DNA of 64,000 bases. It comes from Deltaproteobacteria bacterium (GTDB lineage Bacteria > Desulfobacterota > Deferrisomatia > Deferrisomatales > BM512). Under the pieces are notes generated by a model. It searched no databases and was not told where the DNA came from. It was given only the letters and a program-made list of their open reading frames with translations. Every line of letters starts with the position of its first letter. Position 1 is the stretch's first letter. The DNA lies in the NCBI GenBank assembly GCA_030591565.1, contig JAUVAU010000002.1, positions 12,856 to 76,855 on the forward strand, given 5' to 3'. This document shows positions 50,805 to 60,504 of this stretch, one piece after another. The position numbers were made by a program, and so were the translations under genes.

Positions 50805-51848
50805 TTATACGTCAACGCCGCACAGTGCAGCAATCGATTCCGTGTAGGGGGCTTTAGCCACACCACGTTCCGTTATTATAGCCGCAATGTTGCTTGCCGG
50901 GGTAACGTCGAAGGCGGGGTTCCATACCTTCACGCCCTCTGGGGCGACGCGGTTTTGTCCGAGGCCGGTCACTTCGGAGGGGTCTCTTTCTTCGATGGGG
51001 ATGAGGTCCCCGCAGCCAAGGCTCATGTCGATGGTGGAGATGGGGGCGGCCACGTAGAAGGGAACGCCGTGGGCTTTTGCCACAATTGAGAGGGGGTAGG
51101 TGCCTATCTTGTTGGCGACGTCGCCGTTGGCGGCGATCCTGTCCGCCCCGACCACCACTGCGTCAACCTTGCCGGTCTGCATGAGCGCACCAGCCATGTT
51201 GTCGCAGATGAGCGTCACGTCTATCTTGTCGGCCATCAGCTCCCACGCGGTGAGCCTGGCCCCCTGCAAGAAGGGGCGCGTCTCGTCGGCGTAGACCTTC
51301 ACATCCTTGCCGGCCTCCACCGCGGCCCTTATCACGCCCAGCGCGGTGCCGTAGTCGGCGGTCGCCAACGCCCCGGCGTTGCAATGGGTGAGGATGGTGC
51401 AGCGCTCGGGCAGCAGCGCGGCCCCGTGGCGGCCCATCGCTTTGTTCGCTATCACATCTTCTTCGTGAATAGCGACGGCTTCAGCTTCAAGCCGGTCGGC
51501 GATTGCCTGTGGTTCCTGCCCTGCCATCGTGTCGGCTACCGCCTGCATACGCTCAATACCCCAGAAGAGGTTGACCGCCGTGGGTCGGGTAGCTGCAAAA
51601 AGCTCGCAGGCTTCAGCGAAGGCGGGTTCAAAGGGCTGGCCGCTTGCGGCGATCTCGTTGGCGGCGAGGACAAGCCCGTAGGCGGCGGTGACCCCGATGG
51701 CGGGCGCACCGCGCACTATCATATCGGTGATGGCGCGGGCGGCCTCGGCGTGGTCGGTGTACTCGATATAGGACTCTTCCAGCGGCAGCGCCGTCTGGTC
51801 GATCAGGTAAAGTTTTTTGTCGCTCCAGCGGATGGTGTCGAAGGACAT
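50805..51848 (-). CDS. mtnA: S-methyl-5-thioribose-1-phosphate isomerase MtnA
   Basis: ..I.W.D..L.LIDQT.LP.E..Y.E.......A.AI..M.VRGAPAIGV.AAYG.., ..THCNAGALAT...GTALGVIR.., ..ADETRP.LQGARLTAWEL.. Confidence 0.88.
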   Translation of the reverse strand: MSFDTIRWSDKKLYLIDQTALPLEESYIEYTDHAEAARAITDMIVRGAPAIGVTAAYGLVLAANEIAASGQPFEPAFAEACELFAATRPTAVNLFWGIERMQAVADTMAGQEPQAIADRLEAEAVAIHEEDVIANKAMGRHGAALLPERCTILTHCNAGALATADYGTALGVIRAAVEAGKDVKVYADETRPFLQGARLTAWELMADKIDVTLICDNMAGALMQTGKVDAVVVGADRIAANGDVANKIGTYPLSIVAKAHGVPFYVAAPISTIDMSLGCGDLIPIEERDPSEVTGLGQNRVAPEGVKVWNPAFDVTPASNIAAIITERGVAKAPYTESIAALCGVDV

Positions 51849-53291
51849 CTAGCTCTCCAGCTTTGCTTTAAGCAGCTGATTCACCACGCCGGGGTTGGCC
51901 TTGCCGCGGCTCTCGCGCATGATCTGGCCGACGAAGAAACCCATCAGCTTGGTCTTGCCACCCTTGTACTGTTCCACCTCATCGGGGTTGGCGGCGAGGA
52001 TTTTATCCACTATCGCCTCTATCTCGGAGGTGTCGGTGACCTGTACCAGCCCCTTCTCCTCAACCACATCCCTGGCGGACTTTCCAGTGGCCCACATGTG
52101 GTCGAACACTTCCTTGGCGATCGTGGAAGAGATCGTCCCCGCTTTGACGAGATCGAGCATCCCGGCGATATGTTCAGGGGTGATCGGCGCGTCGGCCACC
52201 GATTCCAGCCCCTCTTTGTTCATGTCGCGCATGATGGAGCCCATGATCCAGTTGGCGACCGCCTTGGGGTCGTTGTGGAGCTTGACCGTCTGCTCGAAGA
52301 AGTCGGCCATGTCGCGGCTCTGGCAGATAAGGTCGCTGTCGTCACCGGAGAGGCCGAAGTCGCTTGTGAACCTCGCACGTCTGGCCTCGGGTAGCTCGGG
52401 CAGCTCACCTTTCATTCGCTCTATCCACTCGTCGTCGATCACCAGCGGCAAGAGGTCGGGGTCGGGGAAGTAGCGATAATCGTGCGCCTCTTCCTTGGAG
52501 CGCATCCCCTTGGTCACGCCCTTGACCGAGTCGAAAAGCCGCGTCTCCTGCACCACCACACCGCCCTCCTCCAGGAGGTCGATCTGGCGCTCGCGTTCAT
52601 ATTCAATCGCCTGCTCAAGGAAGCGGAAGGAGTTGACGTTCTTGGTCTCCGAACGTGTGCCGAACTCTTTTTGCCCCACCGGCCTGACCGAGACGTTGGC
52701 GTCGATGCGCAGGCTGCCCTCGTTCATGTTGCCGTCGCAGACGCCCAGGTAGATGAGAATCTCCCGGAGCTTCTTTGCGTACTGGGAGGCTTCTTTCGCC
52801 GAGCGAATGTCGGGCTCGCTCACTATCTCGATGAGCGGCACGCAGGCGCGGTTGAGGTCCACCAGACTGTAGTTGCAGCCGGGGGTCTCGGGGTGGATCA
52901 GCTTGCCCGCGTCCTCTTCCATGTGGATGCGGGTGATGCCGATATCCTTGGGGTTGCCCTCGTCGTCCACCACGCCGATCCTGCCAAATTCCAGGATGGG
53001 CAGCTCAAACTGGCTGATCTGGTAGCCCTTGGGCAGGTCGGGGTAGAAGTAGTTCTTGCGGGCGAAGCGACTCATCCCCGCCACCTTGCACTCGGTCGCC
53101 AGTCCCACCTTTATGGCGTAGTCCACGACCTTTTTATTCAGCACCGGCAATGCGCCGGGCAGCCCCAGGCAGACGGGGCAGACCTGGGTGTTGGGGTCGC
53201 TGCCAAAGGAGGTGGAGCAGCCGCAAAAGATTTTTGTGTTGGTGTTCATCTGCGCGTGGACTTCCAGGCCCACTACCATTTCCCACTGCAT
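51849..53291 (-). CDS. gatB: Asp-tRNA(Asn)/Glu-tRNA(Gln) amidotransferase subunit B
   Basis: [23 protein letters not shown]...[20 protein letters not shown].., full-length 480 aa. Confidence 0.95.
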   Translation of the reverse strand: MQWEMVVGLEVHAQMNTNTKIFCGCSTSFGSDPNTQVCPVCLGLPGALPVLNKKVVDYAIKVGLATECKVAGMSRFARKNYFYPDLPKGYQISQFELPILEFGRIGVVDDEGNPKDIGITRIHMEEDAGKLIHPETPGCNYSLVDLNRACVPLIEIVSEPDIRSAKEASQYAKKLREILIYLGVCDGNMNEGSLRIDANVSVRPVGQKEFGTRSETKNVNSFRFLEQAIEYERERQIDLLEEGGVVVQETRLFDSVKGVTKGMRSKEEAHDYRYFPDPDLLPLVIDDEWIERMKGELPELPEARRARFTSDFGLSGDDSDLICQSRDMADFFEQTVKLHNDPKAVANWIMGSIMRDMNKEGLESVADAPITPEHIAGMLDLVKAGTISSTIAKEVFDHMWATGKSARDVVEEKGLVQVTDTSEIEAIVDKILAANPDEVEQYKGGKTKLMGFFVGQIMRESRGKANPGVVNQLLKAKLES

Positions 53292-54755
<1,464 letters not shown>

Positions 54756-54760
54756 TTTAG

Positions 54761-55054
54761 TTATGCTCCCTCGATGATCTTCGCGACCTTGAAACAACCA
54801 TCCTCTGAATCGGGGGCGTTCTTCAATGCGCGCTCATTGGCGAAGGAGGGGCGGACTTCATCTTCCCTGAATGCGTTGACCACATCGTGGACGTGGGCCA
54901 TCGGCGCCACTCCTTCAAGGTCAAGCTCATTCAGCTTTTCTACGTAGTCCAGTATTGCGCCCATCTGGCCTGAGAACTTTTCAGCCTCCTCGGCTGTGAA
55001 TTCAAGCCGGGCCAGTCGGGCCACGTGCAGCACCTGATCGGTGGTTATCTTCAT
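54761..55054 (-). CDS. gatC: Asp-tRNA(Asn)/Glu-tRNA(Gln) amidotransferase subunit C
   Basis: [28 protein letters not shown]...IL.YVE.L.ELD..GV.P..H.. ; 97 aa, GAGGAG SD. Confidence 0.9.
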   Translation of the reverse strand: MKITTDQVLHVARLARLEFTAEEAEKFSGQMGAILDYVEKLNELDLEGVAPMAHVHDVVNAFREDEVRPSFANERALKNAPDSEDGCFKVAKIIEGA

Positions 55055-55137
55055 TACTGCTCCTCGCGGAAATGAATAGGTGTAAAAAGAGGAATCAGGA
55101 AAGGTAGCACAGCGGTGGCGGTGCTTCAAGATACCCT

Positions 55138-55938
55138 TTACGGTTTGACCGCTCTTATCGCGATTCGGCCAAGGGGTAGAAAGGTCTCGGTAACCCGGAC
55201 TTCAATACCTGTAAACCCCGCACCGGCGAGGATGGAACTCCACTCATCCGGGGACAATGCCCCTGCGATGCAGTACGCCCAGGCGTAGGCGTCGTTTCGT
55301 ACCGTCTCGTCCAAGGGCTCCAGGGAGGTTATGTCCGCCGCCAGGAAAACGCCGCCGGACTTCAATATCCTGAAGAGTTCACCGGCGAGTTCGCGCTTGT
55401 CCTCCACCAGATTCGCCGCGCCGTTCATGGTGACGCAGGAAGTTGTATCCGGTCCAAGGGGCAAGTGCGGCATTGCGGCCAGGAGTGGCAGTATTTTACC
55501 GGACACCCCCATTTCAATTGCCGAGTCGGTCAGCCGACCTATCATTGCATCGCTGGGGTCGATGGAAATAACCGACCTGCCAGCCTCGGCCAGCCAGAGG
55601 GAGTCAACCCCCGCCCCGCAGCCGCAGTCCACTATGAAGCCCTCGGGTATCCGTCCATTGTCGGCGATTTCAAGTGCAGTTGATGCGAGGCAGTCCGCCC
55701 CGACGAAGCCTTCAAGCGCACGGGCCGGGATTTTGTCCAGCATGGCTCGCGGGTAGCCCAGTTCCAGCGCCAGCGATGCGCCGGTCTTATAGCGCAACCC
55801 TCCCAGCGGAGTTGAGCCCTCGGAGCCGATCCCCTGGTAGACTGCTACGGTGACTTTTTTGAAATCTCCGTTCACTTGGGTGCGCCCGCCGTTGTATTGT
55901 TTGAGGGAGAGAATATGGACTCCACCATCTTCCCACAA
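55138..55938 (-). CDS. Class I SAM-dependent methyltransferase (ArsM-like N-terminal layout)
   Basis: Motif I ..VDCGCGAGVDSLWLAEAG..V..ID.S..M.., preceded by ..LELGYPRAMLDKIPARALEGFVG..C.. as in arsenite/thiol methyltransferase-like proteins. The start is uncertain; GTG 55875 would leave room for the divergent promoter. Confidence 0.7.
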   Translation of the reverse strand: MWEDGGVHILSLKQYNGGRTQVNGDFKKVTVAVYQGIGSEGSTPLGGLRYKTGASLALELGYPRAMLDKIPARALEGFVGADCLASTALEIADNGRIPEGFIVDCGCGAGVDSLWLAEAGRSVISIDPSDAMIGRLTDSAIEMGVSGKILPLLAAMPHLPLGPDTTSCVTMNGAANLVEDKRELAGELFRILKSGGVFLAADITSLEPLDETVRNDAYAWAYCIAGALSPDEWSSILAGAGFTGIEVRVTETFLPLGRIAIRAVKP

Positions 55939-55947
55939 AGGCAGACC

Positions 55948-56589
55948 ATGTCCAACAGCGAGCCGGAGATAAAGAAGCTCTATTCAAGCGCCGACGATCT
56001 GCACCCCCTCCACTGGAAGGCGGTGGCCGAACGTGACCCGGTGGAGGCCGCCCGTGCGGCTGGCTGTAGCTGGGACAATGATCTCTTCACGGTGGAGTTC
56101 CTGGGGCAGGGGATGACAGTGGACCCTGCCGGAAAGACTATCGGGTTCGTCGATGAGCCTGAAAGACAAGTGGGCTACCAGCGCGGACTGGTTATTCTCA
56201 GCTATCTCGCCAACGTCATGGAGTTTGACCCTTCGGGCAGGTGGGTCGCCTTCCGTGAGCTGAAAGGGGGCGAGGGGTTCTTCAGGGGGCCCCACGAGAT
56301 AAATACCAGGGAGTTGGAAAAAGTTTTCGGGAACGATCTTGAAGGGTTGAAAAAAAGTGCGCTACACTTTGGCGGAGCGGAAGCTGAGGGGGGCGACATG
56401 GCGGTTGAGTTTGATGCGTTCAAGCGTATACCGATTAAAGTATTGCTCTGGAAGGGAACCGAGGAGTTCCCCGCCTCGGCGGCGATGCTGATAGATTCCC
56501 GCGCCGGACTCCACTTGAAGCTGGATGTGCTCTGGGCGCTTTCCAATGTGGCCGTGGCTGATCTGGTGAGGTTGGGCGAGGTTGGGTGA
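55948..56589 (+). CDS. DUF3786-like protein (paralogue 1, no Fe-S domain)
   Basis: Shares a collinear pattern with the C-terminal two-thirds of 57883-58704 (..W.AFRELKGG..F.........FG......K.A..FGG.........D.A.EF.AF..IP...LLW.G.EEF.A.A..L.D......L.LD.LW.L..). The family name is from memory of the FeS+DUF3786 architecture. Confidence 0.55.
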   Translation: MSNSEPEIKKLYSSADDLHPLHWKAVAERDPVEAARAAGCSWDNDLFTVEFLGQGMTVDPAGKTIGFVDEPERQVGYQRGLVILSYLANVMEFDPSGRWVAFRELKGGEGFFRGPHEINTRELEKVFGNDLEGLKKSALHFGGAEAEGGDMAVEFDAFKRIPIKVLLWKGTEEFPASAAMLIDSRAGLHLKLDVLWALSNVAVADLVRLGEVG

Positions 56590-56603
56590 GGTATGGGCAC
56601 TGG

Positions 56604-57506
56604 CTAGTTCTTGACCAGCTCCAGCGCCGCCCAGTCGCCGTCGGTCTTTTCCCTGACCAGAGTGAACCCCAGCCCTTCAAAGATCGCCTGCGCCCCTTGC
56701 GCTTCCTGAACCAATAGGCCTGAAAGTATCAACGTGCCCCCCGGTGCGGTGACCCTCGCCAACTGCGGGGCCAGTCCCAAAATGATCTGGTAGAGGATAT
56801 TTGCGACGACCAGGGGGAAGCCTCGCTCTATATTGCGCAACTCGGTGCAGCGCGAGGTTATCCCCTTTTCCACTTTGTTTGCAGCGGCGTTCTCCAAAGT
56901 CACTTCCGCCGCGTGGGGGTCGATATCAATCGCCACCACCTTTTCCACCCCCAAGAGCCGCGCCGCCACGGTGAGTATCCCCGAGCCCGCACCCACGTCC
57001 AGCATCGCGGTCACTGGATTTCGGGCCAGCGTATCGTCGATCATCTCCAGACAGAGCCGGGTCGTCTCATGGCCCCCGGTGCCAAAGGCGCGGCCCGGAT
57101 CGATCACCAGCTCCACCATCCCTTCTTCCGGTAGAGGGGCCTCCTCCCAGGAGGGGCGTACCCAGATTCGGCTCGACGCCCTGAAGGGGTGGAAGTACTT
57201 CTTGTACCCCTCCCACCAATCCGCGGTCGCCAACTCTTCCCACTCCCAATTTATGCCACCGTGCGATTGGGCGAAACCGGCCAACAGCGGTTCGATCCGT
57301 TCTCTCTCGTCGGGGGGGAAGTAGGCGGCGAGGCCGGAATTTCCGATCTCCTCCACCCCGCCCGAGCCCCACTGGATCAGCTCGGCTGCGATGATTTCAC
57401 CCGTGGGGGCGTCATCGAAGGTTATACTTAGCCGCAGCCAAATGGCTGGTGTCTCTTCCATGGGAGTGTCCAATCGTAAAGGCGGTGTCATCCACTGGCT
57501 TGCCAT
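56604..57506 (-). CDS. prmA: Ribosomal protein L11 methyltransferase PrmA
   Basis: ..W..GYKKYFHPF........I.PSWE........V..IDPG.AFGTG.HETT.LCL..... and ..LDVGAGSGIL.VAA..LG...V.AIDIDP.A.. Confidence 0.9.
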   Translation of the reverse strand: MASQWMTPPLRLDTPMEETPAIWLRLSITFDDAPTGEIIAAELIQWGSGGVEEIGNSGLAAYFPPDERERIEPLLAGFAQSHGGINWEWEELATADWWEGYKKYFHPFRASSRIWVRPSWEEAPLPEEGMVELVIDPGRAFGTGGHETTRLCLEMIDDTLARNPVTAMLDVGAGSGILTVAARLLGVEKVVAIDIDPHAAEVTLENAAANKVEKGITSRCTELRNIERGFPLVVANILYQIILGLAPQLARVTAPGGTLILSGLLVQEAQGAQAIFEGLGFTLVREKTDGDWAALELVKN

Positions 57507-57548
57507 GCAGCAGCCTTGAGGGGTAGTTTTACATTATAGATGAAATCG

Positions 57549-57853
57549 AGGCTGTTGAAAAACTCTCCCGAAGCGGGGAGTAACGCTAAACTGAAGGTTT
57601 CAGCCGATGTCGGGCAAACTTCCAACTAAGCCGATGATAAACTGGAAACCCCGAAGGTCATTCGAGGCAAGTTTTCAAAACCGAAAACTTGGATGCGCAT
57701 TGGCGCACCTTCAGGCGAGGCCCCGAGAGGGGGCCGAGTCCAGTAGGAAGGGAAGAAAAATGACCGCAGGCATACCAAGTAAGTATTTCGAGGATCATTT
57801 TTCGCCCCTGACAACGTCAATCGGATGATATCCGGGGTTTTTCAACAAGCTAG
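57549..57853 (-). mobile_element. MITE-like non-autonomous repeat, copy B (inverted orientation, ~70-bp internal insertion, flanked by an 11-12-bp direct repeat)
   Basis: It is the reverse complement of copies A and C, with the same TIRs (GCTGTTGAAAAAC...GTTTTTCAACAAGC). (T)AGATGAAATCG occurs at 57537-57548 and again at 57851-57862, immediately outside the element. Confidence 0.7.
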
Positions 57854-57882
57854 ATGAAATCGTAATTGTTGAAAGGAACACC

Positions 57883-58704
57883 ATGCCATACAAGGTGCTG
57901 GATATTTTCAAGGACCTGCCCGGAACCAACTGTGGTGATTGCGGTCAGGGCAGCTGCTTCCCCTTCGCCACCAAAGTATATCTGGAGGGAGAGCCGATCG
58001 GCAATTGCCCCCATCTGGACCCGGACAAGGTCGCGGAGATGGAGGACAAGCTCAAAAAGGGCAACGTGGAGGGGGGCGGCAAAAAGGAGCCCTCCCAGGC
58101 CCAGGCCCTTGAGTTCCTGAAGGGCAAGATGGCCGAGGCGGATTTTGGTGAGATGGCCGCCAACTCCCGCTGCGAATATGTGGCGGGTCCCCCGGAGGCG
58201 CTGCGCCTGGATATGTTCAATCGGCAGATGGAGGTGCGCGCGGATGACGTGGTGGCGCTTGATGGCCCTGCCCCCAGCATCTGGGTGAAGGTATTCCTTT
58301 ACATATACGTGACGCGGGCCAACGGCAAGGGGCTGGAGAACCGGTGGGTCGCCTACCGTGAGTTGCCCAACACTGTCAGCAAAAGTAAGACCTTCGAGGA
58401 GTGCGGCGACCAGGTCGCAGCCCATTTCGTGGGAAATATCGAGGGGCTCACCAAGGCGGCGCGCAGGCTGGGCGGGGTGGAGGAGCAGTTTGGTTCAGCC
58501 GATCTTGTGATGAGGTTTCAGGCGCTGCCGATGGTGGTGCTGCTGATGCTCTACTGGGAGGGGAGCGATGAGTTCGAGGCCCGGGCGACCTTCCTTGTGG
58601 ACGGGGGCGTGCTGGACTATCTGGACCAGGAGGCGCTGGTTTTTCTGGCCGAGGTGTTGGTGAAGATGCTAAAGGGAGAGCGAACAGACGAGATCATCCC
58701 CTGA
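57883..58704 (+). CDS. Fe-S cluster domain (AcsC/RnfB N-terminal type) + DUF3786 protein (paralogue 2)
   Basis: N-terminus MPYKVLDIFKDLPGTNCGDCGQGSCFPFATKVYLEGEPIGNCP (the Cx2Cx4Cx16C pattern of the 'putative Fe-S cluster' domain), followed by a DUF3786-like region (..WVAYRELPN.., ..RFQALPMVVLLMLYWEGSDEFEA.A.FL.D......L..E.L..L..). Confidence 0.7.
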   Translation: MPYKVLDIFKDLPGTNCGDCGQGSCFPFATKVYLEGEPIGNCPHLDPDKVAEMEDKLKKGNVEGGGKKEPSQAQALEFLKGKMAEADFGEMAANSRCEYVAGPPEALRLDMFNRQMEVRADDVVALDGPAPSIWVKVFLYIYVTRANGKGLENRWVAYRELPNTVSKSKTFEECGDQVAAHFVGNIEGLTKAARRLGGVEEQFGSADLVMRFQALPMVVLLMLYWEGSDEFEARATFLVDGGVLDYLDQEALVFLAEVLVKMLKGERTDEIIP

Positions 58705-58705
58705 G

Positions 58706-58936
58706 AGGTTGAAAACCCCCGGATATCATCCGATTGACGTTGTCAGGGGCGAAAAATGATCCTCGAAATACCTATCAGTATGCCTGTGGTCATTTTTAGC
58801 CCCTTCCTAGTCCTCGAATGATCTTCGGGGCTTCCTGTTTATCGTCGGCTTGGCTGGAGGAGTGCACGGCATCGGCCAAAATACCCAGTTCAGCGTTACT
58901 CCCCGCTTCGGGAGAGTTTTTCGGAGAGCCTCCTAG
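58706..58936 (+). mobile_element. MITE-like non-autonomous repeat, copy C
   Basis: Starts 2 nt after the stop of 57883-58704 and is collinear with copy A. Its right end carries the hairpin CTCCC-cgcttc-GGGAG followed by AGTTTTT. Confidence 0.7.
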
Positions 58937-58991
58937 ACGTACAGCGCCGCCGTGGTCGTTACTGGTGTGAATCTTTTGTGCGCGCCGGGAG

Positions 58992-59186
58992 CTAGACGGG
59001 CAGCCCGTATTCCTTCGGCTCCGGGGGCGGCTCGTCTTTTTTCTTCTCCAGCTTTTCCTCTTCGGTGGCCGGCACCAGCCTGAGGCCGGGCGCTACCGCT
59101 TTCAGCACGCCGCCCCGCACAACCGTGTGCCGCTGCCCACCATCAAGGTTGTACAACTCTTTGCCCTCGTCGACATCGTTACCCAT
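58992..59186 (-). CDS. Orphan small protein (64 aa)
   Basis: A strong SD (AGGAG) lies 7 nt upstream of ATG 59186. The product has an acidic/Lys-Pro-rich tail. No family recognised. Confidence 0.4.
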   Translation of the reverse strand: MGNDVDEGKELYNLDGGQRHTVVRGGVLKAVAPGLRLVPATEEEKLEKKKDEPPPEPKEYGLPV

Positions 59187-59384
59187 TAAGGTCTCCTAAC
59201 CGCGTAAAGGGGACTTCGGTCGATAAATATGACCAGTTGCAATATATGCAGATTGTAGCAGCAGAAGCTGAAATTTCAAACCGTGATATTTGATCTGCGT
59301 GGCTGGTGGTCAGGAGACCCCGGAGTGAGATGCCCAGGGCAGTGAAATACAAAAACTCTTTAGAGCGCTCTTTGAGGAGGTTCT

Positions 59385-59582
59385 TCAGAACAACTTGGCT
59401 GGCAGGAGTTCTCTCAACTCTCGGCTTGCCTCTCGTAGCGCCCATACTCTGTCGGTGCCCCGAGGCGAGGCAATCAGGTCCATCGTTCCACTAAAGCGCA
59501 CCCTGCCTCCAGCTTCATCCTCGGCGTAAATCGACCTACTTCTCACTCTCAATCTTGACACGGGGCTGTTGTAATCGTCCAT
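59385..59582 (-). CDS. Orphan small protein (65 aa)
   Basis: SD GAGGGA lies upstream of ATG 59582, and the gene is preceded by an AT-rich region with 19-bp direct repeats. No family recognised. Confidence 0.4.
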   Translation of the reverse strand: MDDYNSPVSRLRVRSRSIYAEDEAGGRVRFSGTMDLIASPRGTDRVWALREASRELRELLPAKLF

Positions 59583-59859
59583 TTTTATCCCTCATGCAGG
59601 CAATAATTGGTTTTATGCGTGTTATATGAATACGTACAAAATCTTCTCTGGATACAAAATGTAGCACTTTTTTAGAAACTGGCTACAACATATAGTGCTT
59701 TTCGGATAATGGCAACCAGCTAAACCCTCTTCCCCCAGCTTAGCCCCCAATTCATGAAAGAAAAGAAAAAACAAGAAAACTTTTTTCTATTGCCTATCTT
59801 AAACGCTTGTTTTAATCTCTTGATTGAAATGACTGTTTGACATTGTGGAGAGTAGCCAA

Positions 59860-60504
59860 ATGAGCAAGACAAGTGAAGAGAGCCAGCAGGGAACCAGGAA
59901 CCAGATAATGGAGGCGGCGGGGAATCTCTTTGCAGCCAAGGGTCTGGAAAAGACCTCGACACGGGAGATTACCGACGCCGCCGGGACCAACGTGGCCTCG
60001 GTCAATTACCATTTTGGAAGTAAGGAGAACCTCTTCAAGGAGGTGGTGCGCGCCCGCGCCCGCGCCTGTCAGCAGGACCGTATGGAGGTGCTGGAGGGTT
60101 GCCGGGCAGGGGGAGAAGACTTTGCGCAGACCCTGCGTGCTTTTGTTCGCGTCCACGTGGGCATGATAACCGGAACCGATGGTAGCGGCGCCGATGTCGC
60201 AATCTTCTTTCGCGAGCTTTCCAACCCCGGCCCCGGTTTCGACATAATCCTCGAAGAGATGATACGGCCCACGCATAAGGTGCTGGTCGAACTTTTCACG
60301 GAAAATGTACCCGGCATGACCGAGGAGAAGGCGACCCTGTCGATCTTTTCGCTCATGGGCCAGATGATGCACGTGGTCAGGGGCGGGAAGATCATCCCCC
60401 GCCTGCTGGAGAGGAAGCTGGACGAAGGGTTGGTTGATAAGATCTGCGACCACATCGTCGACTATTCCCTCTGGGGAATGTGTGGAAAGGCGGCAATGAA
60501 GTAA
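59860..60504 (+). CDS. TetR/AcrR-family transcriptional regulator
   Basis: HTH ..RNQIMEAAGNLFAAKGLEKTSTREITDAAGTNVASVNYHFGSKENLF.. ATG 59860 has a GGAG SD. The stop overlaps the start of the outer-membrane efflux gene. Confidence 0.85.
   Translation: MSKTSEESQQGTRNQIMEAAGNLFAAKGLEKTSTREITDAAGTNVASVNYHFGSKENLFKEVVRARARACQQDRMEVLEGCRAGGEDFAQTLRAFVRVHVGMITGTDGSGADVAIFFRELSNPGPGFDIILEEMIRPTHKVLVELFTENVPGMTEEKATLSIFSLMGQMMHVVRGGKIIPRLLERKLDEGLVDKICDHIVDYSLWGMCGKAAMK

Noticed and set aside
59813-59845. Weak palindrome AATGACTGTTTGACATT upstream of tetR as a possible TetR operator, with the TTGCCT-17-TAATCT promoter at 59790-59818
   Set aside because: Only 5 of 8 arm positions pair and the hexamers are mediocre. 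This is plausible but not strong enough to list as a feature.
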